From Vicugna vicugna (lineage: Eukaryota): DNA of 64,000 nucleotides. Under the pieces are notes generated by a model that saw only the letters and a program-made list of their open reading frames with translations, was not told where the DNA came from and made no database searches. Where the stretch lies: the NCBI GenBank assembly GCA_013265495.1, contig MU059614.1, forward strand, positions 969,601 through 1,033,600, in the 5' to 3' direction. Shown here one piece after another: positions 1 to 12,699 of the stretch (position 1 is its first letter; the number at the start of each line of letters is the position of its first letter). Made by a program: the position numbers and the translations under genes.

Positions 1-35
1 TTACTCGCATCCCCACTGTACCGATGGGAATACTT

Positions 36-175
36 GCCCAAAGGAAGGGGCAAAACTGGGATTTGAAACCTGATCTGTCTGACAGAGCTTTGCTAGCGGG
101 CCCTTCCAGGCTGTTTTTACAAATACTGTATTGTGAGGACTAACTGAGCTGGTGTACGTAAAGCTCTGCCAGGGC
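36..175. mobile_element. MIR fragments
   Basis: ggcaaaactgggatttgaaacctgatctgtctgac and tgtgaggactaactgagctggtgtacgtaaagc. Confidence 0.4.
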
Positions 176-923
176 CTGACTCTCCATGGGCATCTCCCAC
201 CTTCCTGTTTCATTAGGGACGCTGCCCCACGCTCCCATCCTGTCTGCCTCCCCTTGACTCTGCGCCCAAGACTGCCTTCCCCTTTTCTGTCCCATCGGGG
301 TCCCCCAGCTGGGCTGGGTCACACTGTGCTCCAAGCAGCCACCTCATCTCTGCTCAGGGCCCCTCCTCTCGCAGGCCTTCAACTCCAGCCAAGCATCTGC
401 TCTGTGTCCTGACAGCTTCCTGTCTTCTGAGACAGGAAGCTTTTTACTTCAGCACCGTTTCCTTAGACCTCCTCCTGTGCCCACCCCTGTGCCAAGTGCT
501 GGGGACGCAGACGGGTCTCCAACCGGCCCCTTGTTTCCAGTCTGACGGGGTTGGCAAAAATAATCACAATCAGTGCTGTGATGGAGGGAAACACCAGTGG
601 CTGCGGGAGCTGGGATGTGGCCTTGAAACAGCCTGGAAGTTAGGGCAGGCAGCTGGCGGGTGAGCTTTGAAGGACGAGCAGGAGAACTCCAGAGGAAGGA
701 AAGGGAAGGGCATGTTAGACTGAAGGCAGAGCCCAAGCAAAGGCCCAGCAGCAGTAGCAGCCGGGGAGTCTGCCCTGGACCCACATCTCAGGCCCAGGCC
801 CTTGGCTGAACTCTACGTCCACACCCCCACTGTCTCGTAGCCCCTACCTGGTGCCTCGCGTTCAGAGTCCCTGGTGGCTGTTCCTGTCTGGCCAGCAGCC
901 GGCCTCCGCGTGAGTCCCCGTGA

Positions 924-1133
<210 letters not shown>

Positions 1134-1849
1134 TGAGTTTAGGGGAGACGTCAACTCTCCAGGGCTCGGCCCAGCATATGTTCGGGCTGAGGCTCCCTCT
1201 GGACATCCCAGCGGAGCTTCAGGGTCAGCAGCGGGTGAGGGCGACGCTCCTCTGGAGCGCAGACATGACCTCCGGCCGGACACGGGAGCTGGGAGCCACC
1301 CTGGGAGGACAGGTGCAGGCGGAGGGGCATCCAGACCAAGGAGGAGGCAGAGTGAGGGGGCGGGAGCCCTGGCCAGGGGCGGTGGGCCAGGGGGTGGGGA
1401 CAGAGAGGGCCGGGGGGCAGCCAAGCCAGGCCATTGGTGACTTGGCAGAAGCACTTTGGTAGAGTGGGGGCCAGGGGTCAGAGGTCAGATTGGGGTGGGT
1501 TCACGAAAGAAAAGGCAAGAAGGATTGGGGCCTGGTGGGTACTTTGCGGGGAACAGAGGGTAGGGGAGGTGGAGCCAAGGCGCTTCATTTTGTGACAGAG
1601 GATGGGATGGCACGGGCGGAGGCGGTGCCCAAGAGGGAAGGACGGCCTGCTGGAGCCGTCCCTTGGTGAGGCACAGGTGGAGGCGGCCCCCAGGCTGGCA
1701 GGCCCTCATGGAGGCAGATTCTCAGAGCCTGGGAGCTACATTCTCTCTCAGCTCCCTTTGTTGGGGGTTCGCATCTGGGCCGAAGATGGTGAAGAAACAG
1801 CTCTCCCCAGTGGCCGGTGGTGCATGGCAGCCTGGAGCTGGGACACTAG

Positions 1850-2035
<186 letters not shown>

Positions 2036-3180
2036 TGACAGCTTTAAACCGTGCTGTCAGCCACCTGGCAGCTCCCCCCTCCCACTCTCTTCTCACTCAT
2101 CTCTGTGCACTTGACCTTTTGGAGGTTTAGGGGGAGTCAGATGAGGCCCAGATTGGACCTTGGACAGCGCCTGCCTCCCTGCAGGGCCTGGCGGTCTGGC
2201 TGGGAGGACTGAGTCCAATGGCTCTCCCTGTCCGTCATGCTGTGCTCCCACCAAACCCAAACCACCTACTCCTTCTCCGGGTCCCTTCTCCCCGGGACAG
2301 CATCCCCCACCCTACCTCTGGGCTCCTTCCCAAAGCCCTCTGTGCTTGCAGCGTTTGCTTTCTACCTTCTCTGATAGTTCTCCATCACTCTCACTTGATA
2401 AGCACCTACTGTGTGCAAAGCCTGGGGTTGTTCCCACTGGAGCTGTGAGGACTCTCCCTGTGTGGGCTTGGCCCAGCCTCCACATCCTGTCTGGGCTAGA
2501 TTTTTCTCCACTTCTTTTCTTGTGTTAGGAAACTGGTGTCGCAAAAAAGTGACATCGTTTCCCTTCAGCTTCATATCCAGCAGCTGAGCATGGATCTGAT
2601 CTCGGGTCCATCTGATCTCGTGCAGGTCTGGGCCTTGATGCCATGTGCGCAGGGCCCAGGCTTACCATGCACAGAGGGTCTGGGGCAGTGGCTGCCCAGT
2701 GGGCCCCCTGGGCAGGGACCACCATCCTGTTGTCACCATCTGGGAGTGAACAACTCCACCAGCTTCCTGGAGCAGGGCGCCAGGTAGCAGGCCAGTCCCT
2801 CCTGCCGAGGACCGCGGGGGAAAGGTGACGCAAAGATGGAAAACCAGACCACAGCACAGCGATTTGAAGGAATCGGACAGCTGGCAAAGTAGACGAGACC
2901 TGACAGGACAAGACCCGGGGGAAAAGGCTCCAGAAACGAGGCAGAGGAGCCGCTGATTCCAGCAGACGTGACTGAACGGCTGCTCAAGGCGTCTATGGCT
3001 GCTCTGGGTTCGGGATGCAAGAGGCAGGAAGATCCTGCGGCCTGGGCCCGCGTCCTCAGAGCGCCGCCCCCAGAGCAGGAGACGTGGAGAGGGGTGGGCA
3101 GGGGCTGTGGCCTGGTGCCCCCCCCAAACACGGCAAGAGACTCCCAAGCCAAACAGCCACAAACGGAGTCTGGCAGCGCG

Positions 3181-3214
3181 CCCGGAGGACGCACGGCCCC
3201 GGAGGACGCACGGC
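3181..3214. repeat. Perfect tandem duplication, 17 bp x2
   Basis: cccggaggacgcacggc at 3181-3197 and 3198-3214. Confidence 0.95.
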
Positions 3215-4044
3215 CTGGGCCTGTAGGGCTTCTTCCAGAAACAGCGGGTCTGTGCGGCGTCTGAAATCAGCAGGTGCGACCGACCCCATTAAAAAGGAGA
3301 GAGAGAAGTCACGGCCGTCCCCGTTAATGAGGGAGGGACAATAAAGTTCAGCGGCATCCGTGACAGATCTCCACACGGACTCAGGGCAGACGTCGCTTTT
3401 GTAGTGAGACGAGGAGGAGGCTTGTTCCCACCGCCAGCGTCGCACAGACAGAAGGAGGAAGAATTGGAAAAGGAGGACGAAACTGTCCTCGGTCACAGAT
3501 GACGTGGTTACGTGTGGAGGATTTCCGAAACAACCCACAGGAAATTACTAGGATTAGTAAGTCCGCATGGCTGCCAAATAGAAGATCAACATACAGGACT
3601 CAGTTGCTTTCTGTATAGAAATAGAACATTGGTGTATTTCGTATAAAAATTAAGTAGAAACTGGTATTTTTAAAATGAGTTCTTCACAGTAATATCAGGT
3701 GTAACCTGTTGTACGAGGTAATCAAGCTTCATGATGAAGCACAAGCAGTAAGACAGCTCTGGCTCCAGGACAGACAGACCGCCAGGGTGCCCGGGGCAGC
3801 CAGAGCGCAGGGCAGGAGCGCGGCTGGGGCGGTTGGATTCGCACAGGGAGGGTGGTGAAGCCTGGTCCCTGCTTCATATGATGCACACAGTGTCCACCCC
3901 AGATGGACACACAGACATCAGAGATTGGAGCCGTGGTACCCAGGTGAGGGGAGACTTTAAAAGGATTGCTCAAAGGAGAAGACCCATGGACTAAACTGTG
4001 TTATGGTTTCTATTAATCAAAAGTCATCGTTAAGAGTAAAGAGA

Positions 4045-4103
4045 ACACACACACACACACACACCCACCCCCACACCCACACACCCCCACACACCCACCC
4101 ACC
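4045..4103. repeat. (CA)n microsatellite degenerating to CA/CCA
   Basis: Read directly from the sequence. Confidence 0.9.
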
Positions 4104-4171
4104 AATGAGAAGTTACAAGCTGGGCAAGAGGCTGGAGCAAGCACCACACAGAAAAGGACGTTCAGGCGACC

Positions 4172-4249
4172 AAGAAACAGAGCAAGCTCTCAGCTTCATT
4201 TAAGGAAAAAAAGAAACAGAGCAAGCTCTCAGCTTCATTAAAGGAAAAA
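4172..4249. repeat. Tandem duplication, 39 bp x2, one mismatch
   Basis: aagaaacagagcaagctctcagcttcatt(t/a)aaggaaaaa. Confidence 0.95.
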
Positions 4250-5238
4250 CAATTATAATTAAGGAAAATGCCAATTAAAGCTAAAGGGAGCCGCCATGAT
4301 CCAGGCGCCAGACCTGCCCGATCAGGAAGAGAGCGCACACTAGTCGGGCGAGGACCCCTCTTGGTGGGCCGCAGAGTGCTGGGGTGCGCCCCTGGGGAGA
4401 ACAGCTCTGCGATCTTTAAAGACCTAATGTCCACGCCCTGGGTGAGTCCCTTCTTGAACACATGCCCGACAGAAGCGGGAGCCGGACCAGAGGAGTAGAG
4501 GTGACACCACCCTTGCCTCCTTCAGGTCTCAGGTGGGACGTTGTCCCGTGTTGAAGACCCGGAGGCCCTGGACAGGAAACAATCTGGATGAAGCCAGAAA
4601 CGTGTTGGATTCACAAAGCTGATGGAGAGGCAGATGTACCGTACGAGTCCGTGCATAAATAATATTCAGAACACAGGCAGGACCCAGGGACTGTATTTGG
4701 GACGCGTTCTTTGGTGGTGAAACCTGGGAAAGAAGTGGTTGGCTCTGGGGCGGCAGCAGGAGTGCACGGCCTCTGTGTCTTCTGAGGCACAAGGAGGCCA
4801 GGGGCCAGGGCGGGGGTCGGAGCCTGGCGGGCAACTCCCAGGCTGATGACGCCTCCCGTGCGTCCAGAGGACGGGTGTCCTGACCCAGCTACAGGGAGCT
4901 GGTGCAGGCGGCCCGTGGGATGGTTAGAATTTTAAAGGAAGGTGCGGGAAGGCCTCTTCTTTCTCTCCAACCTCCCGAAGCCAGACACCCCCGGAACCAG
5001 CCCCTCTCTGGCCCATGAGCCCGTGTGGTGCGTACTTGACTCTGACCGCCCTCCTCAGGAGGATCCCAGGAGCAGGCCCTCTGGCCAGGTCACAGCTGTG
5101 GCCCCATCCTGGCTTTGTGGAGGGGCGTCCGGCCGAGCTCAGGGCCTGGCCAGCAGGTTCTGCTCCCCTACCTCCCCGCCTGCCCCTCTGGCCCCTGGTC
5201 CAGCCCGGCCCTCCGTCAGGCCTGCCTGAGGGCTTTGA

Positions 5239-5409
<171 letters not shown>

Positions 5410-6380
5410 TAGGTCCTCACTCTGTCTGGTCCCTGGGCCACAGCCCATCCCTCGCTGGGCAGTGCTGGCTCAGGACCTGGGCCCCTCAGCTGGCTCTTCC
5501 CAAGACAGACTTCACCTCAGGCTGGGAGTGTGGGGGGCCCCCCAGGAGAGGGGCACAGCCCATAGCTGGGGGACGCCCACATCGGGAGACTGATGCTGTC
5601 GCTAGACACCAGGTGGGGTGTAGGGTGTCCAGGCAGAGTTCCCGGGAAGTCGGGGTCAAGGGTTCAGACTCTCGTTTCTCCCCTCCGTGTCCTGCCAGCC
5701 CTAACTGAGGCCCCTCTGTGCCCGCTCTGGCGGCCTGAGGACACAGATGTGCCAGACACGTGTGACCACGTGGGCCAGATGGAGAGATGCACTCTCTCCT
5801 GTTAATCGCGGTGACAGGGTAGAGGCACAGCGTGTTCTGGGGCACAGGGTCAGCTGACCTTGGGGAGGAGGCCTTTGTCAGAGAAGGTGAAGGGAGGAGG
5901 GGGCGAGCTGAGCGCTCCGAGTGGCTGAAACGGGAAGTGCAGGGCGCGAGGGGCAGGGCCCGGCTGGGAGGACGGGACTGGATAGCGCCGGTGACCACAG
6001 CCCTGAGAGGTCCAGGTTGTCCTGGGGGAGGGCGTCCAGGCTGGGCCTGGAAGGTGGCAGCGCACCTGGAGAGTGGAGAAGCGCAGGCTCTCTGAGGGGC
6101 ACCGCTGAGCTGGGACTGGTTTCTGCAACCCTCAGCGTCCTCCCGACCCTTGAGAAGAAACCAGGCTCTCCCGAGACTCAGTTCTGCGGGCGGGGCCCGG
6201 GCCTTCTGGTCCATCAGGCTCCCCCAGTGCTCAGTGCCCAGCCGGGCACAGCGGGCCGCGCTGGGGGCCTGGGCTCTGGCCCGCTGCTGCCCGCTCTGAG
6301 CCTCCTGCTTGCCGGAGGCTCGGGAAGTTCCCCCACTTTCTGTCACTCAGCACAGCTGTCTGCGAAAACGTCTGTTCCAG

Positions 6381-6443
6381 GCACAAAAGGACCGTCCCCA
6401 TGTTCGTCCCCGAATCTACATCCAAACTGCAAAAGTTCACCAG
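6381..6443 (+). CDS. B9D1: B9D1 coding exon 5 ([21 protein letters not shown]), 63 nt
   Basis: Acceptor tctgttccag and donor GTGAG at 6444. Phase is consistent with both neighbouring exons. Confidence 0.96.
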
Positions 6444-7579
6444 GTGAGCTGTCTGGACGGCCCCCGGCCCCTCCTCCTGGCCTAGGAGTGGGGCTGCTCC
6501 GTCCTTCTGGGCAAATGGATGCAGGACCCGTGGGGTTGCTAAGGGTCCCTGGGCCCCTTCGGCCACTGTTCCAGCAGCAGAAGACCCTGCACCTTAACTC
6601 TGTGCCGGGTTAAGCGCCTGCGTCAGATGGGAATATGCTCGAGACCTGAGGTGACACCGGGAGGATAGGGTACCAGAGGACACAGCCCGCGGAGCCACAG
6701 CAGGTCCCCTCCAGCAGGGGGCTGGACGCCTTCACGCGAGAGGTCTCTGAGGTCGGGGCCGGTGCAGCGGAGCTGGAAGAGCGTTCCAGGCACGGGCAGC
6801 TCGGTCCAGAGGGGAGCAGCCGGGACGCGGGCGTGGCTCATGGGCCCGACTCAGGGTTGAGGACAGAAGCCCCCTCAGCTCAGCCCAGCCGCCGCCGCTG
6901 CCCGGCAGCTTGGCCGGGGCTGGGCTGCGGCCCTGCTTGCGGCCAGGACAAGGGAAGGAAGGAGGCCGACCTGGGCTCCCGGGCAGCAGCCGGCAAGCAG
7001 TCCCGCAGGCCTGGCCAGAGTTCTGCTGGTGGAGCGCCAGCGATGGGCCTGGCCACAGGAGGCCTTCTGACTCTGGGGCCTGGGGAGGGGGAGTTCGGGT
7101 GCCCGCTGCCCCTACCACGATGGAAGGGCCAGTGTACGCTGGAGGGGACACTGTCCACCACAGGGCTGTCGGGGGCGGGGCAGTGCTTCGCATCAGGTCC
7201 CGGAGAGGCTGAGGACTTGGGGGGTCCACGCAGCTGTCCTGACTGGTGTCCACACTGCTCCATGCCCTGTAGCTCCAAGGGAGGGCTTTGGGCCTCCAAG
7301 TAAGACCTCCCTGAGGAGAGGGTTCTGCCGCTGAGAAAGTTAGACCTTACAGCTGGCCAGGAAGTTGAGGGTTTGGCTGATGGGTGGGACCTGGGGGCCA
7401 TCTCCCGCCCTTTGGAGGGGCTCTCGCTGGGGAAGGCAGTTTGATGGACAAAACCTTTGCAGGCAAGGGGTCTGTGGGGCCCTTTGCTCCAGCACAATCC
7501 CCCTCTCCCTTCCCTCTGCTCGCCCACTGGCCACCACCTCCTGGCCAACCTCCTCGGCCTGGCTGGCCTGCCCACTTCC

Positions 7580-7660
7580 TGTGTTGGTTTCCTGTGGCCA
7601 CTGTAACCAATTACCATGAACTTGGTGGCTTAAAACGACAAAAATCAACTTTCTCACTGT
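7580..7660 (-). mobile_element. MLT1 (MaLR) LTR end fragment
   Basis: tgttggtttcctgtggccactgtaaccaattaccatgaacttggtggcttaaaac resembles the reverse complement of the MLT1 3' end. Confidence 0.6.
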
Positions 7661-8517
7661 TGGACCTGGCATCCTCGGGGCAGTGATTCACAGCCTCCAA
7701 TCTAGTCTTTCCATAGCAGTGGAAAGGTGTCCCCAGAACCGCACTTCAGACCTGAGTGCGGCCAAGGCTGAGAGGCCTGTGTGCCGCCGCCCACCCGCGG
7801 GGCCTCCCCTGTGCTGAGCAGCAGCATCGCCGCTCGTGCTCAGGATGTGCTGCTTCCTGAGCTCGGTCCTCACCGCGGCCTGGGAAGCAGGTGCCGTGCC
7901 GTTGGAGCCCTACCCCCTGGATGGGAAAACGGAGGCGCAGGGAGGCACTGAGGTTCCCCCGGCCCTCCCCACCCCCACCGCCTGCATCCTGAGCCCCCAC
8001 TCACTGCGTGTCTGGGCCTGCTCTGAGCCAGCCTGAGCAGAGGGGCTGGGCCCTGGGCAGGAGGGGCCTCGCCCAGCCGCTGCCCCCTTGCCTTCGGGCA
8101 GCACGGGGAGGACACTCTGTCTGGGCTGGAGGTGCAGACTAGGAGAGGTTAACATCTTCTGGCTGGAGCCCCTGTGGCTCCCTGGGTGACCACTATCACC
8201 CGCATTACCCCTGAGAGCACTGGGACTCAGAGATGGGACGCGACTAGAAGTGACTTGTCCTGGGTCCCCCTCTACTGAGAGGAAAATGGAGAGAGCCCAG
8301 AGCTAGCTCCTCTGCCACCCCCCACCCAGGATGTTTGTTGGACTCTGGGAAGTGGCCCTCCTTCCCTGGGAAGACAGGGGGTCACTGTCTGGGTCCCCCT
8401 TCCCCACCTTGGTGGCCATCACCTTTCTGGGATTTCTGTCAGAGTTGAGGCTGCACCCTCCCAGCCCAGACCTCCCTCAGCTTTCACCCCGTGTGTCAAG
8501 CCCCTGGAGGACCGTGA

Positions 8518-8784
<267 letters not shown>

Positions 8785-9041
8785 TGAGCGCCCCTTCCCC
8801 CTACCCCCAGGGGGCAGGCTGTACCTGGGAGGGGGCAGTGGGCCCCGAGTCAGACGGGTGAAGGCTGGGGACCCGCCAGCACACGATGCGCAGAGGGTTG
8901 GCCTCGTCCGCCTGTCCCCACCGCAGCCCCTTCGCCTCCCAGTGAGGAGCACGGGCCAGCCACCCCCACTTGGCAGGAGAGAACATGGAGGCTGCAGGTT
9001 CCCAAAGCAGCCTGGCTGAGTCTCCGCCCTTCTGTCCTCAG

Positions 9042-9184
9042 TGACCCGCGTCCGCTCCCAGGGCTTCGTCACCCTCCTCTTCAACGTGGTGACCAAGGAC
9101 ATGAGAAAGCTGGGCTATGACACCGGGCCTCCAGACACACAGGGGGTCTCGGGGCACAGCCCGCCCCAGGGCCTCCCCACCTGA
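9042..9184 (+). CDS. B9D1: B9D1 last coding exon ([47 protein letters not shown]), 143 nt
   Basis: Acceptor ctgtcctcag and TGA at 9182-9184. The six exons total 552 nt in one open frame. Confidence 0.96.
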
Positions 9185-9294
9185 AGTCATCGGCCCCCCA
9201 CTGCCCACTGGGATGGCTGTGTGGTCGCACAGGCCTACGATCATCTGCTTCAAGTGCAGCCGCGGGGTAGAGGGTGGAGAGGGGAGTTTTATGT

Positions 9295-9300
9295 AATAAA
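9295..9300 (+). promoter_or_regulatory. B9D1: B9D1 polyadenylation signal AATAAA
   Basis: Canonical hexamer 110 nt after the stop codon, followed by a GT/T-containing stretch (gtgtcaccttttc). Confidence 0.8.
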
Positions 9301-10149
9301 GTGTCACCTTTTCACAGAGCCCAGGCCTGGGACCACTCCTGCTCTCAGCACCACCCACATGAGCCTGGTCTTGCACTTGGGCCCAAGACAGGTGTGTTGC
9401 CCGCTGGTCGTGCCGGCTGTGCTGTGACCGCCAGCCTCCCTTGGCCGGAAGGGCAGCCGGTGCTGGGGGAGAGGCCCCCAGAGCTTTGTGGCAAGTGTCC
9501 CAGCAGCGGAGCCCACGACAGGCGCCCTATCTCCTCATGCCCCCACCCGCAGCTCAGGGGAGCCGCCCGCCTGGGACAGTGCCCAGCGCCCCCCCAGCAG
9601 GATGCCGAGGCCCCAGCCTTGCCACCACCCACCGCGGCCTCTTGCCAGGACTTGGCTTTAGCCCACTCCCCCTGCAAACCCCTGTGCCCCGTAGCTGTCA
9701 CAGGGGCTCTGACCCCTGCACCTCCAGCCCCAAAGGCGCCCTCTTAGGGGCACCTCTGCGCCCGCTCAACCTGCCCCCGTGCCAGCCGCGGGGCCTGAGC
9801 CCTTGCTCCCTGCCAGCACCTCCCGCGTCCCTGTCCCAGCTCCCTCGGTGCGCAGGCTGTCAGGCCGCGTGGTGTCCACCCGGACTCAACGGTGTGTCTT
9901 TCCCTCCAGCTGCCCTGGGCCACATCACCATCCACACAGATGATCCCGCCCATAACCTGGCCTCTCCCTCAGCCCCCAACCTTGTAATGACCTTGACTTG
10001 TGTCCCCGACAGCCACCCAGCCCTCCCTGATGTCCAGAGGCTCCTGTGGGCACCAAGACCAGGTCAATGGCCTCGTGAACTGCAAGTCAAGCTGGCTTCT
10101 GGGCAGGAACCAGCTCCTTTGCCCACTGTCCTGTGTGTGGGATTGATAC

Positions 10150-12406
10150 GGGTGGGGAAGGACACAACCAGAAACCGCATCATGATACAAATGATAAATT
10201 ATATTTATACAGTAAATAAGTATCATAGTCAACACAAGTCCAAACCCAGCCACCTGTCCCAGGACTGAGAGAACTGCTGGGCCACGCCTGCACCACCGTG
10301 CAGGGTGGCAGGAGCTTGGCGGTCCGCATCCCACACATGGCGGCGCCAGTGGCTCTGTGATCAGTGCAACGGGTGACAGTGACAGGGGCTGGGCCTGTGG
10401 AGGAGTGGGGAGTCGGCGTGGGCCCTGGTGGGCTATAACTTCAGGGCCTCAAGGTCATGTTAGGAAGGGTTCTGGACTGTTACGAAGAATCACTGACCCC
10501 AGGAGCGAGTGTCCTGGCCCAGCCCCACCCTCCCCCATGGGAGAGGCCAGACCGGCCTCGAATGACTTTGCCCCCGGCCCACCCCATGGCTGGGCGGGAG
10601 CTCTGGGCGAGGGCAGCCCCAGGAGCAGCGCGGGAGAGGGGCCTGAGCGGGCAGCTCTGAATCGGCAGCCTGGCATTTCGACATCTCTCCTGTGCCCAGT
10701 GCTAAGGGTCAGGCCTCCTGGAACCAGAGAGAGGGGTAGAAGGGCCCGCCCCCCCCCCGGGAGGGACCAACCACCAGGTGTTGGCTGTCCCTGGCGTTCG
10801 AGGTGAGGCGTACACAGAGGAGAGTGAGACTGACATGCCAGCTGACCAGACACACGACTTGGGTGTGGGGAGGATGTCCCTTCCCTGGGGAGAAGCAAGT
10901 TTCTCATGGTCTTCAATTTGAGACTTCATGGTTTTCTAGTGAGAGGTGGGGGCAGAGAGGGGGGGGGGGAGAGGTGGTCTTAATGCATGTTGGTTAAAAA
11001 CTATTCTACGTGAAAATTTTTTTCTTCCTCTCCAAAATAAGATGATTATTTCTAAGTGGCAACGTGTGTCTGGAGTTGGCAGGGAGCGTGGGTCTCTCAC
11101 CCCATCAGTCAGCCTGGGGCCACCCCTAGGAGCCACGCCGCAGAGCCCGCTGCCTCCAGACAGGGCCACCCCACACGTCCCCAGCTCTGCCCTGAGTGTG
11201 GAGTAAGACACGGGGTCACGGACAGAGTTCCAGATGTCTCTCCCATTCCAGATCGCCACTGTGAACGGAATCTTGTTAACTGGGCATGCCTTCAGTCACA
11301 AAAGAGGAGTTTGCTGATAAAAAGTGGTGAGTCACATTCAGGTGTTAGAGTTGTCTTTAACTTTCTTGATGTTGGTCCATCAGTAAGAAAAATAACCTCT
11401 CTCACAGGATCTAGCCAAAGAGGCTGAAAGTCAATCAGTTTGGTAATTCACCGAAAAAGGGAGTTAAAGGAAAAGGCAACTGGAGGCTTGGAGTTTTTGT
11501 TACTGTTGTAGTGTTTTTTTTTTAAATAAACATCATCTTTTACGTGTAATCAAATTTCCATATTTTTTCTATAAAGAATTTGCTTTAGTTTTTCCATAAG
11601 GCATTTTTTCTGTTCCTATTTAAATTTTTTTACAGAGTTAAAACCATAAATAAGAGAATTTAAACCACTAACATGACATGTGCCAATATCTTCATTCAGC
11701 CTGACCTGGTAAATTCTATCAAAACTAGACAGTTAAATAAGAACCACGTTATAAAAATATTAGCCAAAAAAAGACTATTAGATAATTCCGCAAACTCAAA
11801 TATGAAACTGTCCTAAACAAAATATGTGCAAACGTGTACAAGCATAGAGCACGTGGCAGGGCTATGCTCAGGTTAGTTTAAAGCTCGCTCTAGTGGGTTT
11901 AATTCAGGAGTTGCTCCACGGTGGTGACGTTTACTCTGGACTCACACACGAGTCAAGGAGAAGTAAATGTGCACAACCGCCCCCTGGAAGGTCAGTGTCA
12001 GGGAGCTGACGCACCTCCCGTCCACACCTGGGGCCGTCTAGGGTGTCACTGGGTGTAGGGGTGGGAGCCAAATCCTAGGCGGGTGGTGTCCCAGGACCCT
12101 GGGCTGGGGCTGGGCCGGCACTGAGCACTCCCGCCTCCTTGTCCAAGGCCCCAGGGAGCCCAGCCGCACTGGGGTGGCGGCCAGGCTGGGTCAGGGGCCC
12201 CCTCAAAGGCTCGGAGACCCGCCCGCGTGCTGTCCGACGTCTCAGTGAGCCCACCACCGCTCGTCTGAGGGTCAGGCTGCAAAGACACCCTTTTATCAGA
12301 AGCTAGACCGGAAAGCCCTAACCCCCCACTCTCGGACCCCATTCCACAGACGAGGTCCCCCCCGGCGTCCTTGGCACAGATGCTCTGCGGCGGGTCCAGG
12401 CGGGCA
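10150..12406 (-). other. EPN2: EPN2 3' UTR (distal end approximate), with an AT-rich block at about 11400-11900
   Basis: Lies directly after the TAG stop. AT-rich islands at 10170-10240 and 11400-11900 look like conserved UTR. No canonical AATAAA was found on the - strand; the TATAAA variant occurs at 10209-10204. Confidence 0.5.
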
Positions 12407-12699
12407 CTAGAGGAGGAAGGGGTTGGTGGTGCCAGTGGCCGGGGCTGCCGACGGGGGGCCGCCCAGGCCGCCCACCATGTTCATCGTGGCGGGGCCCAGG
12501 GGCGTCAGGGAGGAACCGCTGACCCCCAGGGCAGGGTGTGAAGCCGTGGACGTCACGGAGGCCATGGGCTCCACACCTGGGCTGGGCCCGAAGGACGCGC
12601 TGCTCCCCAGAACCGGGCTCCCCCGCAGCTGGTTCAGCGTCAGTGGCTGGGGCTGGTTCACCTGGAAGGGGTTGACCGGGGCGGCGGCCGCGGCTGCAC
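12407..12699 (-). CDS. EPN2: EPN2 last coding exon (GAAAAAAPVNPFQVNQ...TTNPFLL*), two NPF motifs, 293 nt
   Basis: Acceptor tctcctcag and TAG at 12409-12407. Ends in the epsin C-terminal TNPFLL. Confidence 0.97.

Larger units (their letters stand above)
3540..4300 (+). mobile_element. Old L1 (L1M-type) remnants in B9D1 intron 3
   Basis: A-rich sequence resembling L1 ORF2 (aagatcaacatacaggactcagttgctttctgtata). Boundaries are approximate. Confidence 0.5.
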
